Source of the DNA: Candidatus Stahliibacteriota bacterium
GTDB taxonomy: Bacteria; Hydrothermota; UBA3073; JACQXS01
Length of the DNA stretch: 64,000 nucleotides
Assembly (NCBI GenBank): GCA_016208615.1
Contig: JACQXS010000121.1
Coordinates: 9,160 to 73,159 of the forward strand
Direction: 5' to 3'
The notes under the pieces are model-generated. The model had not been told where the DNA came from and did not search any database. It saw nothing but the letters and a program-made list of their open reading frames with translations. Below are positions 9,589 through 18,797 of the stretch, piece by piece. Made by a program: the position numbers and the translations under genes. Within the stretch, counting starts at the first letter, position 1. Every line of letters begins with the position of its first letter.

Positions 9589-10110
9589 TCAACCACCGCC
9601 TGGTATAAACGCTTCGCACCAATATTTGTCATACCTTAATGTTGCGTAAGGAGTCATTGTTCCCATAGAATGACTGCAATAGAGGGTATAAAAAGAATTG
9701 ATGACATCATTAAGATATACTCCACCTGCTCCTATTGACAGGTTAGTGGCTTTAATTTTTAATGGACAAAGGATTAGTTCTCCCCGAGTTCCTACTGTGG
9801 AGTAACTCCATCTTGTGCTAATCCAATTAGATATAAGACCAAGAGAGCCAAATATTCCCGCACTTTGTTCAATTTTGGGATTGGACGAATTACCCGTTCC
9901 AAGAGTAAATCCAGCAATTGCTTCTTTCCATTTCATAGGCTCGGCAGTGGTCAAAATTGGCAAGATTTGCATTCGTGTAATCAAAGGATAGCGATACTCG
10001 TAAGCATTTGAGAGAGAAAGCGAGAACACCACAGATAAAATTACGATGTTGATTTTTAATCCATTATAATGCATAGCATGTATTATAATATTATTAAAGC
10101 TGATCGTCAA
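9589..10110 (-). CDS. hypothetical protein (possible membrane/outer-membrane)
   Basis: 173-aa ORF with N-terminal hydrophobic segment; no recognisable family. Confidence 0.3.
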   Translation of the reverse strand: MTISFNNIIIHAMHYNGLKINIVILSVVFSLSLSNAYEYRYPLITRMQILPILTTAEPMKWKEAIAGFTLGTGNSSNPKIEQSAGIFGSLGLISNWISTRWSYSTVGTRGELILCPLKIKATNLSIGAGGVYLNDVINSFYTLYCSHSMGTMTPYATLRYDKYWCEAFIPGGG

Positions 10111-10164
10111 GTTTTTTTACTGGTCTTCTGCCTTTTCATAGTTGAACTATTAGATTTTGAACTT

Positions 10165-10914
10165 TTAGACTTTTTTAGCTATTACACATAGTTCAGTGTA
10201 GCCACTTCTAAAAAATGACTGACGAATAATAGGCGAGTTGGAGCGAAGCCCCCGAATGCCTTCGGGGATAAACTCCAATCCCGCTTGTCCCGCTTCGGCG
10301 GTGGCTCCGGCGGGGAAACTAATATTAAGTAATTTCATTATCAAGCCATTGATACTAAAAGGGTCAATGCCTATAATTTTAAGCACATTGAACCTATGTT
10401 GCACAAAAATATCTTCTAACTGCTCGTAGCTATAGGATTTTTCATATCCGTGTTGCCACTTATTGAAATGTAGTAACCGATATACCTGCCATAGTGAATA
10501 TTTAGCAGGTACAAAAGTAATTAAGTAGCCACTATCTTTAAGAATTCTATCCATTTCAGATAGAAAAGCTGACTCATCTTTGAAGTGTTCCATCAGCCCG
10601 GAACTGAAAATTACATCAAACTTATTATCCGTAAATGGAGTATAACAGCAATCAGCACAAAAGGAAAACCTAATATCTTCTTTTACTCGTTTAATCGCCA
10701 CTATACTATTATCCAAAGCATAACTCTCTACATCTTTTCTATTATGCATAATTAACCTACTATTAGTGCCATATCCACAGCCGACTTCAATAACTTTTTT
10801 TGTCCCTACTATTCTATCCAGATAATAATTTATTATTTTATCTCTTTCTAAAATTAGCCACTTTTCAGCTTTACTCGTAGAATACTTTTGCCAATACTCA
10901 TTCCATTCAATCAT
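10165..10914 (-). CDS. class I SAM-dependent methyltransferase
   Basis: VIEVGCGYGTNS (motif I), DVIFSSGLMEHF, ILKDSGYLI; C-terminal tail encoded by dispersed repeat family 2 (10238-10315). Confidence 0.65.
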   Translation of the reverse strand: MIEWNEYWQKYSTSKAEKWLILERDKIINYYLDRIVGTKKVIEVGCGYGTNSRLIMHNRKDVESYALDNSIVAIKRVKEDIRFSFCADCCYTPFTDNKFDVIFSSGLMEHFKDESAFLSEMDRILKDSGYLITFVPAKYSLWQVYRLLHFNKWQHGYEKSYSYEQLEDIFVQHRFNVLKIIGIDPFSINGLIMKLLNISFPAGATAEAGQAGLEFIPEGIRGLRSNSPIIRQSFFRSGYTELCVIAKKV

Positions 10915-11725
10915 ATATTTTAAGCTCCGGATATATTCTTTGTTTTAGTTCCTTAATTCCTTGTATTACTCTGGGTCCGGGACGCAAAATAATATTCGGG
11001 TCTATATCTGTATAAATTCTGTTATTCTTCACGGCATTTACCTTTTGCCACCCCATCCGGGCTGCTGGATTTGACATAGAATGCATAACTATTATGACAT
11101 CCGGATTTTGCTTTACTACAAATTCAGACGATACAATAGGATATGGCTTATCTATACTCTGTGCTATATTTATTGCTTGTGCATCAGTAATAAGTTCATC
11201 GAGAAAACTACCCTGTCCACAAGTAAATAAAGGATTATCAGATAATTCAATTAACACTTTGCGTCTTTTAGGGGGTGAATATTTTTGGAGTACTTCAAAC
11301 TCCTGTTTCATTATCTTGACAAGCGAGTCAGCTTTATCTAATTTGCCAAGTAATGTGCCAATCTCCATAATAGAGCCATATATTTCATCAAGATTTTGAG
11401 GGTCTATGATAATCGCAGTAATACCCAATTCTTTTAACTTGGGTTGTAGATACTTTTGCTCACCTCCTGTAATGAACACCATATCGGGCTTGAGTGCAAC
11501 TATACTTTCAAGATTAGGGAAAGAGAAATTACCTACTATGGGCAGGTCTATCCCAGGTGGATAATCACAAGGAGTAACTACACCGACTAATTTATCCTGC
11601 GCCCCTATGGCATAAATAGTCTCAGTTACCGATGGCACAAGCGAAACTACACGAGATATAGGTTTAGTTTCAGCTAAAATGCTAACTCCCAAAAAGCTAA
11701 TTCCTAAAAAGCTAATCACTCGCAT
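10907..11725 (-). CDS. ABC transporter periplasmic substrate-binding protein (BtuF/FecB-like, cobalamin/siderophore family)
   Basis: 272 aa; signal peptide; VVSLVPSVTETIYAIGA...LKPDMVF pattern typical of class III SBPs. Confidence 0.6.
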   Translation of the reverse strand: MRVISFLGISFLGVSILAETKPISRVVSLVPSVTETIYAIGAQDKLVGVVTPCDYPPGIDLPIVGNFSFPNLESIVALKPDMVFITGGEQKYLQPKLKELGITAIIIDPQNLDEIYGSIMEIGTLLGKLDKADSLVKIMKQEFEVLQKYSPPKRRKVLIELSDNPLFTCGQGSFLDELITDAQAINIAQSIDKPYPIVSSEFVVKQNPDVIIVMHSMSNPAARMGWQKVNAVKNNRIYTDIDPNIILRPGPRVIQGIKELKQRIYPELKIYD

Positions 11726-12978
11726 ATTACTTTAGTTTCAAGTTCTTTCTTGAAATAGCCCATTGAAGAGTAAGTGGGCTCAAGGATTATTTTAATCTCA
11801 TATTCACCTGGTCCGACTATTTCGCCCTTATTATTCCTGCCATCCCATACAATATTCTGCTCAAAAGGTGCGCCCATAAATACGGGTAAAAAGTCTCGCA
11901 CCTCGTCTCCATTTTTGTATATTTTAGCTGAAATATAGGCGGGTTCAGTTAAATAGATAGATATAGTGCTACCCTTTTCTTTGGGATTAAAAATAGCAGG
12001 ATAACAGCCCTCAATATACCCATCTACGGCGACCCAAAAATAATCTATTGCTTCCTGTTCAACTATAAATACCTGACCAAATCTTTTCCATATATCAATA
12101 GCGCGGGGTGAAATAAATTTGCCCCCATCCGGTCGCTCTACTTTAGTTATGTATTTTAAGAACCTATCAAATTTATGTACACAGCCCTTTTCTTTGTCAG
12201 TTACCCAAATATTACTATAATAGTCAATCGCACAATCAGATAGCTCACTTTCCAACATCTCTGACCGAACAAGGAGCTTGCCATTAGAATCAAACTTTTG
12301 TATCCTTTTGCCACCTTCATCTATAACTATCAGAAATTCTTCCTTGTAATATGACCAACTTTCGTTTTCATTAGTAATAGCTACGGCTATGGGATTAGAA
12401 AGGTCTAAAATTTGCCTAATAAACTTGCCCGTAGAATCAAAAACTTGTACCCTGTTATTCCCTCTATCCGCGACCCATATTTTGCCTTCTATGTCAATAG
12501 CTACATCCCACGGAGTATCAAATTCAGCAGTATCACAGCCAAACTTACCTATTACTTTAACCCATCTGATAGAATCTATATCATTTTTGAGTTTGACTAC
12601 TCTATTGTTTTCAACATCTGCGACATAGACATTGCCATCAGGAGAAGCCGCAATTCCACCGGGCCACCAACATTCGCCTACCCCACTACCTAATTTACCA
12701 TATACTTTTAAGTCTTTCAGTGATTGGTTATAGACAATTTGATTTGCCTGCGAATTGGTGCAGTAAAGAGTTAATTCATCATCATCTTCGCCCTTCTTGG
12801 GGTCATCAAGGGATTTCAATTTACAACATGCAATTCCTTGTGGCTCCTGAAAGCTAATTGATTTACCCAAAAGCATACGCAATTCGTAGGGAGTAGCACG
12901 ATAATAGCCAAGCGTATGACCAAATGGGGGCTTTATAAGTGTGGTAGGAGAGAGAAATAAGATTAAAAAAATAATCAC
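11716..12978 (-). CDS. NHL-repeat beta-propeller protein with C-terminal FlgD-Ig-like domain
   Basis: Repeated ...VYVADxxNNRVxxF... NHL units; C-terminal ...IVWDGRNNKGEIVGPGEYEIKI segment. Confidence 0.55.
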   Translation of the reverse strand: MIIFLILFLSPTTLIKPPFGHTLGYYRATPYELRMLLGKSISFQEPQGIACCKLKSLDDPKKGEDDDELTLYCTNSQANQIVYNQSLKDLKVYGKLGSGVGECWWPGGIAASPDGNVYVADVENNRVVKLKNDIDSIRWVKVIGKFGCDTAEFDTPWDVAIDIEGKIWVADRGNNRVQVFDSTGKFIRQILDLSNPIAVAITNENESWSYYKEEFLIVIDEGGKRIQKFDSNGKLLVRSEMLESELSDCAIDYYSNIWVTDKEKGCVHKFDRFLKYITKVERPDGGKFISPRAIDIWKRFGQVFIVEQEAIDYFWVAVDGYIEGCYPAIFNPKEKGSTISIYLTEPAYISAKIYKNGDEVRDFLPVFMGAPFEQNIVWDGRNNKGEIVGPGEYEIKIILEPTYSSMGYFKKELETKVICE

Positions 12979-13025
12979 TTGATTTATTTATAAATGATTT
13001 CTCTTGTCTTGCAAGAAAAAAAGTG

Positions 13026-13053
13026 TTGACCTGAGTAAAAATTGAGTTATTAT
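13026..13053 (+). promoter_or_regulatory. sigma70-like promoter (TTGACC-16-TATTAT)
   Basis: Near-consensus -35 and -10 hexamers with 16-bp spacer; followed by about 340 nt without an ORF. Confidence 0.4.
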
Positions 13054-13657
13054 ATCATTGGCTCTTTGAGTTATATGTAGGGACATAATTTATTATGTCC
13101 ATTAAGTAACTTACTTGTTAGAAGCCCAGTCAAGGCCAAGTGAGTTGCCCCGTTAATTCGGGGTACTCTATTGCTCCAAGTCCTTGACTGGGTAATCATA
13201 GCTTTGTAGAGAAGTTATGATTGAGCAATTTGGGTGCCCCTTTTTATTTATGGGGTTTATGGAATACTAAATGCTGAATTATGAATGCTAAATTTGATGG
13301 GTAGGGCAAGACTTTTCGGAACGAAGTGGAGATCCCGTTTTGACGGGAAGCCTTGCAATCATCAAAAAGCAAACCTAAAGGTTTGCCCTACATAACAAAA
13401 TATGCAAAATAAATGCCAAATCTGTAATCAGTACTTTACCATTGATAAATTGGGTATGCAGAAAATGTCAATCCCAAAGGTTAAAAGAATACAGGAAAAA
13501 ATACTGTGAGTTGTGGAGGAAAAGGCATCCTGATTACCATAAAAAGTATATGAAAACACAGTATTATAACCGCTTTACTTAAGCCGTTGTCTTTTGAAAA
13601 GACATTTGCTATTGCTATTTTCTCTATTATTTTTGAGTTGAAAGGAGGTGATATAAG

Positions 13658-14485
13658 ATGAAAGCGATGAAGAAAAAATATAGTATAGCAATTTGTGTAT
13701 TTACAAGTATCGTGGGATTTGGTGGAGTAACTTATGGACAAACGGATTACATACTGGAGAATAATCGCCAGTTCATGCCTCCTAACTGTCCTGTATATAC
13801 TGTTAATGCTGTAGATGATGATTCTATGAGTGTAATATATTGGAAGCTTCCGCCAGTTTTGAAACCCGGGATGACATATTTAGTTCAAGTGAAGTGGAAG
13901 TTTTGGACCAATCATGTTCCTGTTTTTTATATGAATTATTTTGGCGATTGGAATCCAAATGTTGAATTGGCTCAAAGTCAGATGTATGGTGGTATTCCAT
14001 CTTGCGATGAAGAATTTATAGATGTTTTTACTTTCACAGTGCCAACTACACCCGGATGGTACAGAATTAGATTTATGGCAAGGGGCTGGTATGATCCGGT
14101 AACCAGTTTTTATGGAACTTCGGGCGTTCTTCCAAACTGGTATAGCGAAATACTATTTCATTCTGGATATAATGTTAAAGTAGAGGAAAAAGATGTATTT
14201 CCGTCCACTTATGAAGTCTCGCAAAATTTCCCTAATCCTGCTCGTATGCAAATGACTATCCAGTATCAAATACCCACTGAATCTAATGTACGGATTATTG
14301 TCTATAATACTGCGGGACAAATTGTGAAAACGCTTATAAATGGTGAGCGGATAAAAACAGGGAATTACAATATTGTTTGGGATGGCAAAGATAGTGAAGG
14401 CAAAGAAGTCTCCACCGGCACTTATTTTTATACACTTGATGTCAATGGCAAGCAAACTTCCAAGAAGGCTATCCTGTTGAAATAG
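13658..14485 (+). CDS. secreted protein with T9SS-type C-terminal sorting domain (Por_Secre_tail)
   Basis: Signal peptide; C-terminal SQNFPNPARMQMTIQYQIP...VRIIVYNTAGQIVKTL...YNIVWDGKDSEGKEVSTGTYFY matches the T9SS CTD consensus. Confidence 0.65.
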   Translation: MKAMKKKYSIAICVFTSIVGFGGVTYGQTDYILENNRQFMPPNCPVYTVNAVDDDSMSVIYWKLPPVLKPGMTYLVQVKWKFWTNHVPVFYMNYFGDWNPNVELAQSQMYGGIPSCDEEFIDVFTFTVPTTPGWYRIRFMARGWYDPVTSFYGTSGVLPNWYSEILFHSGYNVKVEEKDVFPSTYEVSQNFPNPARMQMTIQYQIPTESNVRIIVYNTAGQIVKTLINGERIKTGNYNIVWDGKDSEGKEVSTGTYFYTLDVNGKQTSKKAILLK

Positions 14486-14502
14486 TTGCTGGTAATTATT
14501 TT

Positions 14503-14538
14503 AAGCCCTCTTGAGCAATCAGGGGGGCTTTTTATTTT
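14503..14538 (+). terminator. rho-independent terminator
   Basis: aagccc...gggctt stem followed by tttatttt, 18 bp after the stop of 13658..14485. Confidence 0.5.
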
Positions 14539-14551
14539 GAGTATTATTTTC

Positions 14552-14580
14552 TTGACATTCTGTAAATTTCACTTTATTAT
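14552..14580 (+). promoter_or_regulatory. sigma70-like promoter (TTGACA-17-TATTAT)
   Basis: Consensus hexamers immediately upstream of the ORF at 14590. Confidence 0.4.
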
Positions 14581-14589
14581 TAAAAACAA

Positions 14590-15088
14590 ATGAAAGTAGT
14601 AAAAATTTATTTGGATACATCTATTATAAGCTTTACGCAGGCTTACGATGCTATGGAAAAAAGAGAACTAACATTGGAATTTCTTAATCTATATGTGAAA
14701 AAAGGCATTTATGCTGTTTTTATTTCCCCTATAGTAATTGATGAAATCAATAAATCAAAAGATAAAGCTCAAAAAGATAAACTTTTAGAAGTAATAAAGT
14801 CTTACGCTATAAATGTGTTAGACATTTGTTGAACTTAATAGAGAAGAAATAGTGGAACTGGCGGGCTTGTATATAGAAAAAGGTGTAATACCAAGCAATA
14901 AAATGGAAGATGCTATGCATATTGCAATAGCTACAATAAATGAGATAGATATACTGTTGAGTTGGAACTATAAACACTTGGCAAACATTAATAAAGAAAG
15001 AATGATTTTGGCAATAAATTTGTTAGCAGGTTATACAAAACCACTGCGAATGATAACTCCTATGGAGGTAATTTATGAAAAAGAGTAA
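14590..15088 (+). pseudogene. PIN-domain protein interrupted by a frameshift (two ORFs 14590..14832 and 14852..15088)
   Basis: N-terminal KIYLDTSI (PIN Asp) in frame 1 and ...DAMHIAIA... in frame 2; frame 2 is open from 14822 and overlaps the frame-1 stop at 14830, so a single indel would restore about 165 aa. Confidence 0.4.
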
Positions 15089-15278
15089 AGTTTCAAAATC
15101 ATTATTAGAAGTATGGGAATGGAAAGATTTGGCTTATAAAGAAGTTGAAACCCTACCAATAGAAGAAGCGATAAAGAAAAGAATCTCCGATTCGTTAAAG
15201 GCAACAAAAATTATGGGATTTACTCTACATAGAAAACCTGTTGAAAAAATTATACCTTCAACTCTTACCACTTATTAA
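15075..15278 (+). CDS. hypothetical small protein
   Basis: 67-aa ORF overlapping the PIN ORF end by 14 bp. Confidence 0.25.
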   Translation: MKKSKVSKSLLEVWEWKDLAYKEVETLPIEEAIKKRISDSLKATKIMGFTLHRKPVEKIIPSTLTTY

Positions 15279-15752
15279 AGTACTATTTGAAATCGTGCTC
15301 ACAACTTTGATTTTCAATTCCATTTTCATTACAAGAGCATCTTTACCATCCGGGTAATATAGTTTCTTGTTTCCACTCTCCTTAAATCCAAACTTCTTAT
15401 ATAAACTTATAGCTGCTAAATTTTGTTCCCTTACTTCCAGTATAGCCAACTTTTTATTTTCTATCCTTGCGTAATCCAGCATATATAAAACAATAGCACT
15501 TCCTATACCTTTTCTTCTATAATTATCTTTCACGGCAAGATTGGCTATATGTAAGTATGAATCAAATAACATCGCTACTCCATATCCTATTACACTATTC
15601 TCCAAATTATCTGAATTTTCGTAGACGGTGGCAAGTGAAGGTTTTAGGGCAAGCAAGGACTTAAACTCTTCTATTGGCCATGGGTCATCAAAGCACTTGT
15701 TTTCTATTTCGCTGACTACCCTAATATCCGCATCTACCATTTTACGAATCAT
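15258..15752 (-). CDS. rimI: GNAT N-acetyltransferase (RimI-like ribosomal-protein-alanine acetyltransferase)
   Basis: 164 aa; ...NLAVKDNYRRKGIGSAIVLYML... acetyl-CoA binding motif. Confidence 0.6.
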   Translation of the reverse strand: MIRKMVDADIRVVSEIENKCFDDPWPIEEFKSLLALKPSLATVYENSDNLENSVIGYGVAMLFDSYLHIANLAVKDNYRRKGIGSAIVLYMLDYARIENKKLAILEVREQNLAAISLYKKFGFKESGNKKLYYPDGKDALVMKMELKIKVVSTISNSTLISGKS

Positions 15753-15864
15753 TTATAGTGGATTATTAAAGACAAATCGCTACCCTTAATCTACACCGGG
15801 TGTTATTCAGATTGGGTTCAATATCCCCCACACTAAAGTATGGGGTTAATGCCTATAAACTGGG

Positions 15865-16224
15865 TTATACGGATACAGAGGTTTTAACTTTTTCTACAAG
15901 TGTACCGAAGGCATCTGGATTTTCTCGTGCAATAACTGCCAGTTCCTTACGATTTATTTTTATATTCAGCTGATTTAATCCCCACATAAACCTATTGTAA
16001 GGAATCCCAAACTCTCTGCACTTCGTATTAATCTGGAGTATGGCAAGTTGCCGGAAGATGCGTTTCTTTTTTCTTCTATCCGCATATGCAAATACAAGTG
16101 ATTTCATCACCTGTTCTCTTGCTATCCGGTAGCAGCTACCTCTTTTTCCTTTATATCCCTTAGCCAGTTTTAGCCACCCTTTTCTGCGTCGTCGTGTCTT
16201 AAATCCTCCCCTTGATCTTGGCAT
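15865..16224 (-). CDS. rplT: 50S ribosomal protein L20
   Basis: MPRSRGGFKTRRRRKGWLKLAKGYKGKRG...; follows rpmI. Confidence 0.9.
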   Translation of the reverse strand: MPRSRGGFKTRRRRKGWLKLAKGYKGKRGSCYRIAREQVMKSLVFAYADRRKKKRIFRQLAILQINTKCREFGIPYNRFMWGLNQLNIKINRKELAVIARENPDAFGTLVEKVKTSVSV

Positions 16225-16225
16225 A

Positions 16226-16417
16226 TTAGTATGGGATAAGCTTTTTTATTCTCTTTTTATCTGCCTTGCTCACAGTCACCATTTTCGCTAAATTGCGTTT
16301 TCTTTTGCGTGTCTTTCCTGTAAGCAAATGTCCATGGTATCCTTGCTTTCTTTTAATTGAATTGGCACACTTCTTAAACCTCTTCTTCGCCGACCTATTT
16401 GTTTTGACTTTTGGCAT
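16226..16417 (-). CDS. rpmI: 50S ribosomal protein L35
   Basis: MPKVKTNRSAKKRFKK... Confidence 0.9.
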   Translation of the reverse strand: MPKVKTNRSAKKRFKKCANSIKRKQGYHGHLLTGKTRKRKRNLAKMVTVSKADKKRIKKLIPY

Positions 16418-16928
16418 CTTTTTTTGGTGTAATAAGAATTTTTGCTGTGTTACCTTCGATTAGTGGTTCTTGTTCTAAAATTCCCCCCTCTTCTAAGAAT
16501 TTCGCAAATTTCAACAAAATCTCTTTCCCTCTATTGGCGTAAATTTTTTCCCTTCCTCTGAATCGTAATTTTACTACTATTTTATCGCCGTGTTCTAAAA
16601 ACTCTTTCGCCCATTTCAACTTTACCGCTATATCTGCTTCCTGAGTATTCATTCCTAATTGTATTTCCTTAATTTCCGCTGGTTTTCGTTTATGTTTTTC
16701 GCTCCTATTTTTTTCATACTTATATTTACCATAATCCATAATCTTACATATTGGTGGCGTTGCAGTAGGAACCACTTCAACTAAATCCAATCCCATTTCT
16801 TTTGCCATTCTAATTGCTTCTTCTCTTGGTATCACACCTATTGGCTTCCCATCAGCTCCAATTACTTTGAGTTTAGAAAATCTAATTCTCTCGTTTACTC
16901 TTAACTCTTTTTCAGGATAGGGTCTCAA
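16395..16928 (-). CDS. infC: translation initiation factor IF-3
   Basis: ...ERIRFSKLKVIGADGKPIGVIPREEAIRMAKEMGLDLVEV...; canonical position after thrS; true start may be a non-ATG codon. Confidence 0.85.
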   Translation of the reverse strand: MRPYPEKELRVNERIRFSKLKVIGADGKPIGVIPREEAIRMAKEMGLDLVEVVPTATPPICKIMDYGKYKYEKNRSEKHKRKPAEIKEIQLGMNTQEADIAVKLKWAKEFLEHGDKIVVKLRFRGREKIYANRGKEILLKFAKFLEEGGILEQEPLIEGNTAKILITPKKDAKSQNK

Positions 16929-18726
16929 GTTTTTTGTCTAATAGTTCAATAAATTCTTCAATTTTAAGCACTCCGATATTTCCCTTGCCGCGCTCTCTTA
17001 CTGAAACAGTCCTCATCTCCATCTCTTTCTGTCCTACAATTAACATATAAGGCACCTTATTCAAACTTGTTTCTCTAATTTTAGCACCAATAGGTTCGTT
17101 GTCAATAGATAATTTAATTCTATATTTTTGAAGTTCGTTGGATACTGATTTTGCATACCCTACCGCTTTCTCCGTAATGCTTGCTATTACTATTTGAACT
17201 GGCGCAATCCATACAGGGAATGCCCCTTTATAATGCTCTGTAAGGCAGCCCACAAATCGTTCCATTGAGCCAAGCACTGTGCGATGAATCATTATTACGG
17301 GATGGGGTTTATTGTCTTTATCTATGTACTGGACATTAAATCTTTGCGGAAGGTTAAAGTCGAACTGAATTGTGGGCCCCTGCCACCCTCTCCCCAAAGC
17401 ATCCAAAAGCTCTATATCTATTTTAGGTCCATAGAAGACAGCTTCGCCTTCTACTCTTTTGTATTGTAAATTTCTTGTCTCTATTGCTTGTGCTAATACA
17501 CTTTCTGCCAATTCCCATTGCTCATCACTACCTGCATATTTAGATTTTGCATTTGAGTCTCGCACAGATAAGTTAATCTTAAACTCGCTGAAGCCAAAAG
17601 TTTTTAACATTTGTATTGCTAAATCCAACACTCCTAATACTTCATCAAGCACTTGTGTCTGGTGGCAAAAAATATGTGCATCGTCTTGTGTGAACCCCCG
17701 TACTCTTGTAAGTCCATACAGAACGCCTGACCGCTCATATCTATAAACTGTACCAAGTTCAGCATATTTAATGGGTAACTCTTTATAACTGCGGGTATGG
17801 GAAGTATACATTAAAATATGATAGATACAATTCATAGGCTTTAATACATAATCATCTTCACCAAATTTTAACACCGTCATTTGTTCATAATAATCAAAGT
17901 GTCCCGAAATCTTCCATAAATGTGCTTTCGCAATATGAGGAGTATAGACAAGTTGATACCCTCTCTTTCTATGTTCTTGTTTCCAAAAATTCTCTATTAT
18001 CTCTCTAATAATCGCTCCATTGGGATACCAACTTACAAGTCCTGGTCCCGCATCCTCAAATATACTAAACAAATCCAGTTCTTTTCCCAATTTACGGTGG
18101 TCACGCTCTTTGGCTTCTTCAAGTCTTTTAAGTTCAGTATCCAGTTCAGTTTGAGTGGGAAAGCTTACCCCATATATTCTTTGTAGCATGGGCTTATTTT
18201 CATCTCCTCTCCAATATGCACCTGCTAATTTAAGTAATTTGAATACCCCAATCCTTCCGGTGCTTGGAATATGAGGTCCGATGCACAAATCAACAAAATT
18301 ATCCTGTTCATAAATAGATATATTATCTTCTAATTCATTAAGTAGTTCAACTTTATATGGTTGATTTAGTTCTGTAAATAGTTTTATAGCTTTATCTTTT
18401 TTGATTGCTTTTCTGACAAAGAAAGTATCCCTATTTATTATTTCTTGCATCTTGTTTTCTATTTTACCCAAGTCTTCGGGTGTAAAGTGATATGAGGAAT
18501 CAAAGTCATAATAAAATCCATTCTCTATGGCAGGTCCGATAGCAAGTTTGACATCAGGAAACAACTCCATAACCGCTTGTGCCAAGATATGAGCCGTAGA
18601 ATGCCAATATATTTGCTTCCCTTCGGCGTCAGCAAAAGTAATGGACTTAACTCCTGCATCATCCCCCGGAACATAAGATAGGTCGTATAATCTACCATTC
18701 ACCATAATAGCAATCTTTTCTTCCAT
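16912..18726 (-). CDS. thrS: threonine--tRNA ligase
   Basis: 604 aa; TGS/editing/class II aaRS core pattern (HRTVLGSMERF, FQLVYTPHIAKA). Confidence 0.9.
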   Translation of the reverse strand: MEEKIAIMVNGRLYDLSYVPGDDAGVKSITFADAEGKQIYWHSTAHILAQAVMELFPDVKLAIGPAIENGFYYDFDSSYHFTPEDLGKIENKMQEIINRDTFFVRKAIKKDKAIKLFTELNQPYKVELLNELEDNISIYEQDNFVDLCIGPHIPSTGRIGVFKLLKLAGAYWRGDENKPMLQRIYGVSFPTQTELDTELKRLEEAKERDHRKLGKELDLFSIFEDAGPGLVSWYPNGAIIREIIENFWKQEHRKRGYQLVYTPHIAKAHLWKISGHFDYYEQMTVLKFGEDDYVLKPMNCIYHILMYTSHTRSYKELPIKYAELGTVYRYERSGVLYGLTRVRGFTQDDAHIFCHQTQVLDEVLGVLDLAIQMLKTFGFSEFKINLSVRDSNAKSKYAGSDEQWELAESVLAQAIETRNLQYKRVEGEAVFYGPKIDIELLDALGRGWQGPTIQFDFNLPQRFNVQYIDKDNKPHPVIMIHRTVLGSMERFVGCLTEHYKGAFPVWIAPVQIVIASITEKAVGYAKSVSNELQKYRIKLSIDNEPIGAKIRETSLNKVPYMLIVGQKEMEMRTVSVRERGKGNIGVLKIEEFIELLDKKLETLS

Positions 18727-18797
18727 AATATTAATTAGATTTATTTTTGTGTAATAATTTAGCTATTCCAAAGCAGCAGGCGCCCAAAATAACCCAA

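Noticed and set aside
13056-13400. RNase P RNA / tmRNA / SRP RNA / 6S RNA
   Set aside because: Looked for the P4 GGAAAGUCCGG motif, the tmRNA tag ORF with T-arm-CCA end, and the SRP domain IV GNRA motif. None found. Kept only as an unclassified structured-RNA candidate.
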